From Cirrosporium novae-zelandiae (taxonomy: Eukaryota): a stretch of DNA of 64,000 nt. The notes beneath the pieces are model-generated. The model did no database searches. It saw nothing but the letters and a program-made list of their open reading frames with translations, and had not been told where the DNA came from. The DNA is taken from contig JAPETS010000028.1 in NCBI GenBank assembly GCA_026023565.1, positions 1-64,000 of the forward strand, written 5' to 3'. Below are positions 37,545-52,100 of this stretch, piece after piece (positions within the stretch are counted from its first letter, which is position 1; each line of letters opens with the position of its first letter). A program made the translations under genes and the position numbers.

Positions 37545-40500
37545 TTAATTTTATATTAACGTTTCGTTGAAAATTTGTTATTTAGGAAATATTATTATTT
37601 TTTTTAAAAATCTATTTTTTTGGATTATTTAGATTTTTTCGATTTTAAAATTCGGATTTATAATTTTTTAGATTATTATTATAATTAAATATTAATTTAA
37701 TATATTTTTTTTATATAATATTAAATATTATATTTAGAGAGGCTGGTCGGGTCTTTAGCCAGACCCAGCTTTTAGCCGAAAACACTATAACTTTAATTAT
37801 TCAAATATAATCGACCAACTTATATATTAATTTATATAGAATTACCCTCTATAATTTTTTATTAAAATAAGAAATTTCTAAGAAACTGATTTTTTTTTTA
37901 TTAAATAATTTTGGTTTTCCCCGTTTTTTTCCCTCCGATTTTTTAATTTTATTCTATTTTTATTTCTCCCGCTATTTCTGTAATTCGCGCTCGATATTTT
38001 GTTTATTAATAAATCGATTATTTAAATTAATTATTAGTTTTGCACACGTATTATATTTAAAAATATTTATTTTAATTTACGTTTATTTAAATTATATATT
38101 TATTAAATTTTCGTTGAAATTTTATTAATCGAATTATTTATCGATTTTATTTATTAAAATTCGGAAATCTCGATTTAATATTACGTCGAGATTTTTTATT
38201 AATTTTTTTTAGCTGTTTTCTATTATAAAAGATATCGAAAAATTTAAAAAAATTCGATTGAAAACGTTTAAAAAACGGAATAATTATTTTAAAAAAAAGA
38301 AAAATCGAATTTTTAAATTCGGAAAAAATAAATACTCGGTTAGAATTATAAAAATAGATTCTAGTTTTTTTTTATCCAGCTATAATTATCCGACGAATTA
38401 AATATTTAATACGAGTTTTATTATATATAATAATGAATTTGTTTTTTTTAATAAATATAACGTTATTTTATATAAAAAGATTTTTAATTTTTTTTTTATA
38501 TACGTTTTTTAGAAAAAAAAACACGTTTTTATTTAAAAATTGCAACAAATAAAATATATAAATAAATAAATATAAATATTATATATTATTTTAATAATAT
38601 AATTATATAAATTCTAAAAATATATAATTATTATATCTATTAAATAATAAAATTCGAGCTCTAAACTTATTCGGAGAAATATAAAAAAAAAAATAATCCG
38701 TAATTACGTAATAATAATTTTATTATTCGTCCAATTATTAAAAAAAACAGTATAATATATATTAAAAACCGAATTATTAAATTAAGCGATTATAAGATTT
38801 TTTTTTTTAAATATAATAAAATATAGAATATATTTTCTCCGAATAAATATAGTTTCTAATATAATAATCTAATTACGATTTTCCGGTATAATTTGAATCG
38901 TATATCGTTGATTTATACGTCTAATAATTTTAATAATATTAATATATATTTTTATTATAATTCTTATTTTATTTATATTTTATATATTTTTTAGTTCGAT
39001 TTTATATTCGGTTTTAATATATTCGAAAAAAATAAAAAAACCGATAATATTATCGATAATAAAATAAATTCGGTCGATCGAAAAAAATCGATTTTAAAAA
39101 ATTTTAATATTATCGTATTAATTAATAAATCGAATTATTTATTTTTAATTAAACGAATTTAATTTAGCGAAATATTAGACGATATAAAAAATAAAATAAC
39201 GTATAAATTTAAATATTAAAATTTAATTTCGGTTATTTAAAAATTTTATTTAATTGATTATTGCAATTTCTTGAATATCGATCAAAAATTATTATTTTAT
39301 ATACGATTTACGTATTAATTGATAATAACCGTGAAATCGATTTGCTAATATAAATTAATTAACCCTATATATAGCCGTAAAAACTCGGATATTTGAAAAA
39401 ATATTTTTATTATAATCAGAAATAGTTTTTTATAAAATTGCTTTATCAATAAATTAATAAGGTATTGTGGGGGTGATAAATATAAAGAAATTGATTGAGG
39501 GGTGAGTTGGAGATGAGGTGGAAGTTAGTGTTTTTTTCGGCTAAAAACTGGGTCTGGCTAAAGACCCGACCAGCCTCTCTATAGAATATATATAAATTTT
39601 TTATATAATTATTATTATTAAAATTATTTTATAAATTTTTATTATTAATTTTATAAATTTATTTAATAATTTTTGAAATTCTATTTAATATCCGATTTAT
39701 TTTTTTTATTAAATCTTATACCCGTATATATAAATTAATATTATCGTCGTTACGATTATTTAACGCGTAAACCCCGTAAATAACCCGTTTCGATAATATA
39801 TATATTTAATTACGTTTTTCGCGCGTTTAATTTTAATTAAACGCTGGGCGTAATAGATTTAAAAATTAAATTTCGGATTTAATTATATATTTAATTACCG
39901 CACGTAATTTTTTTTATATTTGATCGGATAATTATCGATCCTAATTTTCGGTTTCGTATTTATCTAAATTTAGTGTTTACGTAATCTAAAAAACGCTATA
40001 ATCTCAGTTTTTTAAACGTCGAATTTTAATTTATTTTTTTTTTTTATTGAAACGCCGTTTTCGTTATTTATTAAATAGTTTTCCGGGTTTATTTATTATT
40101 TATATAAATAGTCGAGAAATTTACGTCGTTCACGAATAATAAAATTTTAATTCTAAAAACCGTTTATTCTATAACTGCGAATAGCCCGCTGTAATATATT
40201 AAAAATAATATTAAGGATACGAATAATTTTTATAGTATCCCTATTTTTATATTAATTCGGGATTATATTTTTCTATTAATTATTAATTCGATATTTCGTT
40301 AAATTATAAAATTAATTATTTATTTAATAATATTTTTATCGATTTTTAATTATTTTAAACGTTATATTAATTTAAATTATAATATATAATTAAACGTTTT
40401 TTTTACGTTTATAAATAAAATATAAATTATTTATTTTTAATTAAATTTTTTTTTATTCGATATATTAAATATATAAATATATCGATTACGTTCCGGTTAT

Positions 40501-43500
40501 ATTTCGATCTAAATTAATTTTTATATAATTTATTTAGATTTTTATATATATCCGTTAACGCGTTAATTATAATTTTTTCGATTATTTTATTTAAATAATA
40601 TAATAAATTTATTATTTTATAATTTTTAATTAATATTTTATCGGTTTTTCCAGATTTAAATAATAATATCCCCCGGGTATATTTTTATTACGTCGGGTGA
40701 TATTTTAACCGGAAATAATATCGGATTACCCCCGTTATTTTACAGAGATCCCACTATTATAATATATGGAACGTTTTAAATTAGATTCCGTTATATTTTA
40801 AGATTTTATTCGTATTTTATACGTATAACGTTTTCCGTATTATTTTTTTAGATAATTGTTGAACGAATACCTTTTTTATCGGAAACCGAGGTTCGGGGTT
40901 TTTTGGGAATAGCGGGAAGGCTCGCTCCCGTATAAAGGCTTGTTTATTTTTAGTCTCCACCGCTACCCTCCCGTCTTCTATACGGAGCGCCGGTGTCGGG
41001 TCTCGGTTTTGGGGCTTGCAGTATTTTAATGCTTTCCATCCCCGTTGAATACTTTCGGGGCTTAGGGGTTTGCCTAGGTCGTCTCCCCCCATATATATTT
41101 GGAGAAAGTCGGTCCATTTATCGCTTTTTTTTGCCCTAAATTCGGGGTTTTTTAAAAATAACGGGAAAACTCGTTTCCGTATAAAAATTTTTTTATTTGT
41201 AATTTTTACCGTTATTCTCCCGTTTTTTATATAGAACGCCGATATCGGGTTGCGGTTTTAAAATTTATAATATTTTAATATTTTTTATCCCCGTTAAATA
41301 TTTTCAGGATTTAAAAATTTATTTAAATCGTTTTTTTTTATATATATTTAAAAAAAATCGATTTATTTATTTTTTTTTTTAATTTTAATTAATTTTATAA
41401 ATTTTTTAAATACCGTTTTAATTTTTTTATAAATCCGGCGTTTTTATTTCGTTTTTTTAAATATTATATAATATTCGTATTTTTCAATAATATATTCGGG
41501 GTTCTATTAAATTTTCGATCAGGCGTATATTTATTTAGATTTTATATATTTATTTAAAATAATTTTTAATTAGATAATAATTTTTTATATTTCGTTTTTT
41601 AATTACGTTTCCGTATAATTTACGGCTAATATATTTTTTATAATTAATTAAAATTCTTATTTTTATTTCGTTTTAATTTATTATTAAGGATTTTTTAACG
41701 GTTTTAAATTCTACGAATTCGGGGTTAGCTAATCTGTTTTTAGATAATAATTTTTTTATTCGAATTAAATAAAAACGTGGTCTAAATTAATTTTTAATTT
41801 ATTATTTATATTATCGGTTATTACGTTTATTAATTATTTTTAAAATAATTTTATCGCGGGATTAATTATTATTAAATTAATTATTAAATAATAAATCGAT
41901 TTTTTTTCGAATTAAATATTTTAAATAATATTATTTTATATTATTAAATTTTATTTTTTTATAAATATTATTAAAAACGCGTCGTTTATATAAATAATCC
42001 ATTCGGGTTTTTATATTAAATTATAAATATTAAAATTTTTTATTAATATTATTTTATTATTATTAAAAATAAATTTTTATTCTATATTTTATAAAATGTT
42101 TTTAGATTTTTATTATCGGTTTTATTTTTAAAAATATATATTTTTTAATTTTTAATCGTAAATATTAATTATTTTAATTAAATTTTTTATTTTTCCGTTT
42201 ACGTTTATTATATTAATATTTAATATTACGAAATAAAAATAATTAATTAAATCGGTTTTTACCATTATTTTAAAAATAACGTTTTTTCGATTTTTGCGTA
42301 TAATAATAACCGTTTTTACGATTTTATATCCCGTTTAAATTTTTAATTCGGGCTAATAAAAATTTTATATTAAATATAATATTTTTTTTTTAATTTTTAA
42401 TTAGATTTTTATAATAATATTATATCCGTTCTAATTTATATAATCGATTTTAAAATTATAATCGTTATATCGTATTTTTTATAATAATTATATTATAATA
42501 TTTTTATTTATAATTCGGATATATTATTATTTATTTATAATATAGATATTATCGATATTTTTAATATTATCGATATTTCGGATATTATTTACGTTTTTTT
42601 TTCTATATTTTTTTAGAATTCGGGAGTTTTTGATTTTTAATTAAAATTTTTTAGATTTATTTTTGTTTTTAAAAAAATTAATATATAAAACGATTATATA
42701 ACGTTTTTTCGATATTTTTTTTTTATATATTCTGTTCTTGTTTTTCGGATAATTAAATATTTTCCGTCCGTAGTTATATAAAGGCCTAAATAATTTATAT
42801 ATTTTAATAAAATATATATATAAATTCCTGTATACGCGGGCTTATATTTTATTATCCGATATTAATAATTTTATATTTCGTATATTTCCGTATATATAAT
42901 ATATTTAAAGGTTTTATTTTTATATTCTAAAAATAATTTATATTTTAATTAAACGTATTCTAAATACGTTTTATTTATTTTTAACGTAAATTATTAAATA
43001 TATCGAAATTTATATTCCGTTAAATAATAATTTTCGATTTTTTATTTTTCGTATATTATAAACGGGAATTTTATTTTAATTAAAATAATATATTTTTTTA
43101 ATATAAATTTAATTTATATTTATTTTTAATAATATTTTTCCAGTATTATTTATACGATTATCGTATCGTAGAATAATTAATATATATTTTTTAAATTTTT
43201 TTTTATTAAATTTAATTTATTTAAATTTTTAAATATTTTTAAAAATATTTTTTATATTTTTATTTAATATAAAATTTTTAATAAATATATATTTATTATT
43301 ACGTTATTTATTTTCGTTATAATTTTTAAAATTTTTTATTTATATTTAAATATTAATATATCCGTATTAATTTTTTTATTAAATATAATTTTAAAATTGT
43401 TTTTTTTATTAATACAAATTTCCCGTATTCGTAATTTAAATAATATATTTAAATTAATTAATTTAACGTTAATCGCCGTTATTATTAATACCGTAAAATC

Positions 43501-44578
43501 TAAATATTCGGTTTTTTTTTTATTAAAAATCTGTATTTTTTAATTTTCAATTCTTATATTCTCATTTACGGAATTAATGCGTTTTTTTTATAAGATTTGA
43601 TTATTTATTATTTTTTATTAAATTTATTTATTATTTTATTAATTATTTTAATATAAATAAATCCCTTAAATTCCGGCGTTATTTTTATAGAATCTTATTT
43701 CGGGATTTTTAATATTAACGGTAGAATTTTTCATTTAATTATTTTTATCGTTTATTAAAAAATTTTTTAGATTTTTTTATTCGTTTATATTATTATCCGC
43801 GTATTAAATATTTACGATTCGATTATTATATTCGTTCGGAACGTTATTAAAAAAAATGTTTTTTTTTTTTTTATTATTTATTCGGATTTAATTATTAAAA
43901 TTATATAATTTTTATTTATAAAATTTTCCGTTTTATTATATATAATTTCTACAATTTTTATTCGGATTTATAATATTTAAATTATTATTATAATTATTTT
44001 TTTAATTATTAAAAATTTTTATTTAATCGTATATAATTTTTTTTAATTTTTTTTTTAAATTTTTATAATTTTATTATCTCGTTTTTTTAAAACGATTATT
44101 CGGATTTTTAAATTGAAAAATATTTCCCGTAATTATACCGTAAAATCGTTGATTTTTAGAATTTAATATATTTTTTTTCTGATTACGGGAAATATACGTA
44201 TTATTATATATTTAATTATTTATTTAATTAAAATATTTTAATTATGAATTTATTTTTTTTTAAAATTTTTTTTTTTTATAAAATCTTTCGACGACGTTTT
44301 TTCGTTTAATCGTTTTTTTTTTAAAATAAAAATTATAATACCGAATTATTAAATTTTATTATAAAATTTTATTATAATTTATTCGATTCGTTTTTTAAAC
44401 GTTATCGTTTTTTTATATTCGTTTAATTTTCGTTAACGATATATATTTTTTTAATTCCCGATATTTTTTTATTATTATTAAATTTTATAAATTTTAAATA
44501 AATATTAATTATTTTATATAACGATTATTATAATAATAAATTAATTTAATAATATAAAATTATTAAAAAACGTTTTTT
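37545..44578 (-). mobile_element. LINE copy C: 3'-deleted, 5' end present, interrupted by a DNA transposon and carrying a 249-bp internal tandem duplication
   Basis: Colinear with copy A from ~26840 to its 5' end. An unmutated ORF2 piece WKALKYCKP..PTPALR lies at 40890-41130. Confidence 0.8.
37737..39579 (-). mobile_element. Pogo/Fot1-like Tc1-mariner DNA transposon (1843 bp), RIP-inactivated
   Basis: ~46-bp TIRs GAGAGGCTGGTCGGGTCTTTAGCCAGACCCAG.TTTTAGCCGAAAA with TA duplications at 37735-36 and 39580-81. A minus-strand relic from ~39465 reads NIRVFTAIYRV...LANRFHG, resembling an HTH-psq transposase N-terminus. Confidence 0.85.
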
Positions 44579-44674
44579 AATAAAAATAAATTTTTTTTAT
44601 ATTAACGAAATATTATTCGATTTTTTAAATATAATTTATATAATATATTTTAACGATATTTTGATTTATTTATT

Positions 44675-46958
44675 TAATATCGCGGAATATACGATATATA
44701 TACGGATAATATTAGAATAATTATATAAATATAAATTATATATAAAATTATTAAAATATATATTTAATAAATCAAAAATAACGTTTCTAGATTTCGCAAT
44801 TAAAACGTAAAAAATCCGTATAAAAAAAAAAATAAAAATAATTTTAAAATAATTAAAATTAAAAAATTATTATAATATTTAAATTTTTATTGAATTCGTT
44901 AATTTTTATAAAAAATTTATAAAAAATTATTTAAAAATAATAAATTTTATTATAAATTTATTAAAAAAAATAAAAAACGATAAAAAAATAAAAAAATTTA
45001 TATAATCCGAAATTATATAAACGATATTTAAAATATTTAAAAAAATATTTACGATAATATTTATATTATATTATTTTAATTTAACGAAAATAATAAAAAT
45101 AAAAACGGATATATTATAAAAAAAAATTACGGGAATTCTATTATAATTAAACGACGAACGTACGGAATAATTATAAAATAAAATATAATATTTAATTATA
45201 TTTTAATTAAAAAAATTAATAAAATTAAAATAAAAATATATAATATACGATTTTGAATTATTCGTAATTATAAAAAAATTTAAAAAATAAAATTATTATT
45301 TATAAAAAAATAAATATATAATATAAATATTAATAAATTATAAAAATTTATAATTATTTATAAAAATAACGGCGTTAAATAAATAATAAATATATTAAAT
45401 AAAAATATTAATAAAATACGATTTCGAAATAATATATAAAATAAAAAAAATTAATCTAATAAATATATTATTAAAAAAATTAGATTATATAAAAAAAAAC
45501 GGAAATAAAAAAACGAAAAATAAATTATTATTTATATTATAAAATAAATTTAAATAATATAAAAAAAATAAAATTAAAATATTCGATTAATTAATAATTA
45601 TAATAACGATATTAAATTATATAAAATATAAATTATTTACGGAAAAAATTTTTTTAATATCAAAAAAAATTTTAAAAATAATAAAAAAAAATAATAAAAT
45701 AAAATTTTTTTTAGAATATATTACGGAAAATATATAATATATATATAATTATTTATTATTATAAAAAATATATAAAATAATAATAATAAAAAATAAATTA
45801 AAAAAAAAAATATTAGAAATATTAATAAATTTATTACGGAAAATACAAAAATTAAATTTTTAATATAAAATATATATAAAAAAAAAAAAAAAAAATAAAA
45901 CGAAAACGATACGGATTTATTACGAAAAAATAAAATAATATACGTATTAAACGATATCGCGCCAAAAAAAAAATAATAAAAATAAATTATAATTTTCCGT
46001 AATTTAAAAAATATTTCGGAAACGAAAAAATAAAAAAAATAATAAATAAAAAATATTAATAAATAAAAATAAACGAAAATATTAAAAAATACGTAAAACG
46101 ATACGATATATATTAACGATCGAAAACGCGTTATTATCGGTTTTACGGAATTCTAATATTATTATAATATTTCTAAAATTTAATAAAAATAATAATAATA
46201 AATTTTATTATCGATTTACCGTTAAATAAATAAAACGATAATATATATATATTATATACGAAAAAAACGAAAATAAAAAATTTAACGGAATTAATATAAA
46301 AAATAATCGGAATAAAATTTAAAATATTTAAAAATATAATATCGAATAAAAAATTAATATTTATTAATATTTATTAAAAATTATTTTATTATTATTTAAT
46401 AATATAAAAAAAATTAAATATTATTTATTATTTATAAACGGATAATTAAATCGAAAAATAAAATTAAATATTAAAAAAATATTTAAAAATATATTATAAT
46501 CATAATTAAAACGATTAAATAATATTATTAATAAACGCAGAATATATATATAATAATACGAAATATTAGAAAACGAAAAAAACGTTATTCGAAATAATAT
46601 ATACATTTAAACCAAAATTAAGAATAAATATAAAAAAAATAAAAAAAAACGAAAATTTTATTAAAAAAATACGTATAAAAAAAATAAAAAAAATATAAAA
46701 AAAAATATAAAAAATATAAAAAAAATCAATTTTAAAATAAAAAATTTATTACGATCGCTATTATATATCGAAATAATATAAAATAAAAAATCAGATATTA
46801 TTAATAATAAAAAATATAGAAACGAAATAAATAAATAAAAAATTAAACGTAAAATATTTAGAATCGTTTATCGTAAAAATTATATACGAATAAAACGCGT
46901 ATTGGCTACGGCTATTTTAGTAATACCAGAAATTATATCCGATATTCTACGTATCACT
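44675..46958. repeat. Unclassified RIP-mutated repeat, possibly a TIR (hAT-like) element
   Basis: A-skewed and AT-rich, not colinear with the LINE. The right end ...ATATTCTACGTATCACTG has a weak inverted match to TAATATCGCGGAATAT... at the left. No TSD found. Confidence 0.25.
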
Positions 46959-48070
46959 GTTAGAATCTTACAAAAAAAATCCGGATTACGAATCCCCAGA
47001 ATTAATATTATTAATAGGAATACCGGAATATATAATAGAAAAAATATTAGAATATAAAAAAAAAAAAAGAAAAACGAATATTTAATAAAATAAAAAAACT
47101 GGTTATATACGGAAAATTAATAAAAAAATATTGAAAATCTAACGAATTACTAAAAAAATATAAAAATATTTTAAAAAAAAAAAAAAAGAAAAAATAATAA
47201 AAAATAAAAAAAATAAAAATAAAAATAAAAATACCGCCGGAAAAAAAATAAAACAAAATAAAAAAAAATTAAAAAAATAATAAAAAAAAAAAAGAATTTT
47301 ATTAACGATTTTAAAAATCACAAAATATTTACCGAAAAAAAAAACGCGTTTTAAACGTACGTAATCCGTAATAAAAAACGCTCGAACACTAATAATTATA
47401 TAAAAAATTTAAATATCGATCGTATTCCTAATAACGCTAGAATTTTTATTATTTTTAGAAGCCGAATCAGTATTAATATTAATATCCGTAAAAGCGTCGT
47501 TAAAAAAAAGGTTGTAGAAGAAATAATTTACGTCGTCGTTATTATCCTTTTTTTTATTATTATCGATATTTACGTTATATTATCCAAAATTAATCAAAAA
47601 AAAAAACATACGAAAATAAAAAAAATACGTATAATAACCGTAAATATCTGACCTAATCACCGAATAAATTGATTGACCTCAAATAATAATTGGTTGATAC
47701 GGGCGTAAGAATCAGATAATATAATACGTTCTAACCGACGGGTAATTATAATCCGACGGTAGAAACGACGGACCGAAACCAAAAACTCTTTACGAAAAAC
47801 GGCACTAATATTATTGGAACGGGCGGAAACGATAATATTGGTTTACGCAAATAAACGGTTTAAACGAAATACCAGAATAAAAAAAATCTGGAAAAATAAT
47901 AAATAAATAAAAAAAAAAAAAAAAAAATAAAAAAATAAAAAAAAAAATAATATTTCGAGATATTTTTTATATTACCTATAATAGACGCTACAGGAGCGGC
48001 CAGATATCTGGGAATATACGAGGGAAGGATTTGCCGCAAGACGCCAGAGATATTTCAGATATATAAATCT

Positions 48071-48228
48071 GAAGGGGAGAGCGTCACGAATAATAGCAAC
48101 AGGGTTGGGGACGGAGGAAAAAAAACGCGAAAAAAATATAATAATAATAATAATAAATAAAAAAATAAATAAAAAAAAAAAAAATCTAAAATATAATTAA
48201 CAGGGACGTCGAAAAAACAGAAACGGGG

Positions 48229-48295
<67 letters not shown>

Positions 48296-48510
48296 AAAAA
48301 AAAAAAAATAAAAAAATATTTACGAACGGTGCTAAAAAAATAGGAAAAAAAAAATAGGAAAAAAATAGCGATTATTTATATTCAAAAACAAAAACGTTAA
48401 TCCGAATAAAAAATAAAAATAATAATTTTAGAGAAACGGAATAATTAATAAAAATAAAAATAATAATATTAACGTAATAAATAAATAAAAAAAATAATGA
48501 AAAAAACTTT

Positions 48511-48545
<35 letters not shown>

Positions 48546-49147
48546 ATAATTTTAGAGAAACGGAATAATTAATAAAAATAAAAATAATAATATTAACGTA
48601 ATAAATAAATAAAAAAAATAATGAAAAAAACTTTTATTAAAAAAAAAAAAAAAAAAAATAAAAAAAATAATAATTTCGCCGAATAAAAAACGATAATAAA
48701 TAAAAAACGGAATTTACGTATATTATAATATTATTAAATCTAAAAAAAAAAAAAGTTATATTTAACGGAACGGAAAATTAATATTAAAAAATTAAAAATA
48801 ATAATTAAAAATAATCGTATAAAAAAAAAATTATATTATAAAAAAAAAAAAAAAAAATATTAAAAAAAAACTCTATTGTAAAAAAAAAAAATAGAATATT
48901 AAAAAAAATCGTTGTATTTAAAAACTAAAAACGGGATAAAAATAGGGAAATAATATTATATAATACCGATAAATTATCGAAAAAACGTCAAATAAAAAGA
49001 TTTATATAAAAAAATAAAAAGAAAACTGGGAAAAACTAGGTTTTAGTTTTGTATTATACAGGAATACTATTATTTAAATACTACTACGATATAGACACAC
49101 TACCTATCCGCCTCGCTACCTACACTATCAGAGCCCCAACCTTGACA
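48071..49147 (+). mobile_element. Probable 3' LTR of an LTR retrotransposon with its polypurine tract
   Basis: PPT-like GAAGGGGAGAG is immediately followed by CGTCACG (canonical TGTCACG) at 48082 and ends CCTTGACA at 49147 (TGTCA..TGACA inverted ends). The interior is RIP-mutated with poly-A expansions. Confidence 0.45.
48418..48660. repeat. Near-identical ~124-bp tandem duplication bounded by poly-A runs
   Basis: AATAATTTTAGAGAAACGGAATAATT...CTTTTATTAAAAAA occurs twice back-to-back. Confidence 0.8.
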
Positions 49148-49174
49148 GTTACGATTATTTAATATGTAAATTTT

Positions 49175-52100
49175 ATAAATAATCCATGGGGGTGGTCCGA
49201 CATTGCTTCCGGCTAGGGTATCACCCGACGCAGTGGAAATGTGCCCGGGGGATATTACTATTCAAGCCTGGAAGAACCAACAAAATATTAATTAAAAATT
49301 ATAGAGTAATAAATTTATTATATTATTTAAATAAAATAATCGAAAAAATTGCAATTAACGCGTTAACGGATATATATAAAAATCTAAATAAATTATATAA
49401 AAATTAATTTAGATCGAAATATAATTGAAATATAATTAATATATTTATATATTTAATATACCGAATAAAAAAAAATTTAATTGAAAATAAATAATTTATA
49501 TTTTATTTATAAATATTAAAAAAACGTTTAATTATATATTATAATTCAGATTAATATAATATTTAAAATAATTAAAATCGATAAAAATATTATTAAATAA
49601 ATAATTAATTTTATAATTTAATAAAATATCGAATTAATAATCCACAGAAAAATATAATCCCGAATTAATATAAAAACGGAAATACTATAAAAATCGCCTA
49701 TATTTTTAATATTATTCCTGATATATTATAGCGGGTTATTCGTAATCGTAGAATAAATAACTTTTAGAATAATAATAATGATGATTATTCATTGTTTTAT
49801 ATTTATATATCGCTTAGAAACTATAACGGACTCTATTCGGGGGTTTTTAGGTTTTTTTATATCCTCTTTCGGGCTTATTTTTAATTAAAATAATAGGGGT
49901 TACTTTTCTAATTCGGTTATATATTTTCCCCTTTTTTTTAGATTTTTTAGAATTATCTAATTTATTTAACCGGATAATTTTTTAACGTTATTTCAGTATT
50001 TGTAATTTATAAATAAATTTATTCGTATTTATTTTCGATTTTTTCAATTTTTATTTATATATACGTTTATTTTATATTTTTATTACGGGCCCAATTTTTA
50101 TTTAATATTTATTTCTGGATGGTTTTTTTTTTCGTATCCGGGTTCTATTTATTTTTAATTTAAATACGTTTTACGATTTTTTATTTCGTATTTAATTTAA
50201 TATTAGGGTTTTTTTATTTCTATATTATTTAAAAAGCGTATTTAATTTTTAAAAAATTTTCGATTTTTTAATATAAATACCAGTTTTTTTTTTCGATTAT
50301 ATTAGATTATTAGTTTTTTTATTTTTTTATTATTTTTTATAAACGGGTTTTAATTATTTTTTAATACGGGTATATTAATATTAAATAAAATATATTTTAA
50401 TATAAAATTTTATATTATTAATATTCCGGAATAATAATAATTTTTGTATAATATATATATTTTTTAATAACGGCGTACCCCGTTTTTATTCAATAAAATT
50501 TATTTATTAATTTTTTAAACGTATATTTTAATATCTAATTTTTTTTATATTTTAAATATATTTAATAAAATTTATTGAACGATTTTTTTATTTTTTAATT
50601 ATATAATTAATTATATATTTTTATAATCTGTTTTTTTTATTATATTACGGATTATATAAATTAACGAAATTTATTTAATTATTTTATTATTTTTTAATAT
50701 TATATTTATTTTAATTATTTAATTTATTATTTCGTTTTTTAATATTTTATAATATTTTAAAATTTATTTAATAATAATTTTCGTTTTTTAATTTATTAAA
50801 TATTTAATATATTCGTATATTTTTTATATAATTATTTAATTTTTTTTTAATTTTTTTTTTCGATTTATTTAATAATCGTTTACGAATCAAATAATATTAT
50901 TATTATTTTTTTAGGAATTTTATAATTATTTAAATATATTTTAATTATTATTTTTAAAATAATTTATATTTTTTAAAATTTTATATCGAATATTTTTTTA
51001 TTTTAATTTAAATAATATTTTCGTATTATTTATAAAATCTTTTCGATTATTTTAAATTATTTCTATTTTTATTTTACGATTTTTTAATTTTACGTTAACG
51101 TTTCGCTAAAAATCTATTATTTTAAAAATATTATTATTTTTTTCGATTATTTAGATTTTTTTAATTTTAAAATTTAAATTTATTATGTTTTAAATTATTA
51201 TTATAATTAAATATTAATTTAATATATTTTTTTTAATTTTTTAAATTTATTAAAAATTTTTTAACGATTATTTTTTTAATTAAATATTTATATTTTTTAT
51301 TTTAAATATTATTAATAATATTAGATTCGTTAAATTTTTTTCGATTTTTTAAAAATACCGAAATCTATATTTTTTTTATACGATATTTAATATTATTTTT
51401 ATAAAATATATATAGATTTTTTATATAATCGTTATTATTAGAATTATTTTATAAATTTTTATTATTAATTTAATAAATTTATTTAATAATTTTTAAAATT
51501 TTATTTAATAATCGATTTATTTTTTTTATTAAATTTTATATTTATATATATAAATTAATATTATAATCGTTATAATTATTTAATATATAAATTTTATAAA
51601 TAATTTATTTTAGTAATATATATATTTAATTATTTTTTCCGCGTATTTAATTTTAATTAACAGTTAAACGTAATAAATTTAGAAATTAAATTTCGGGTTT
51701 AATTATATATTTAATTACTATATATAATCCGTTTTATATTTAATTAAATAATTATTAATTCTAATTTTCGATTTAATATTTATTTAAATTTAGTATTTAC
51801 GTAATTTAGAAAAAAATATAATTTCGATTTTTTAAATATCGAATTTTAGTTTATTTCTTTTTATTGAACCGCCGTTTTCGTTATTTATTAAATAGTTTTT
51901 CGGGTTTATTTATTATCTATATAAATAATTGAGAAATTTACGTTATCCACGAATAATAAGATTTTAATTCTAGAAACCGTCTATTTTACGGCTGCGAATA
52001 GCCCGCTGCAATATATCAGAAATAATATTAGGGATACGAATAACTTTTATAATACCCCGTTTTTATATTAATTCAGAATTATATTTTTCCGTCGATTATT

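Noticed and set aside
30642..47321. Ile/Phe/Lys/Asn-rich ORFs in the AT block (30642, 36972, 46421, 47047, 47139)
   Set aside because: Compositional artifacts of RIP-mutated repeats, not genes.
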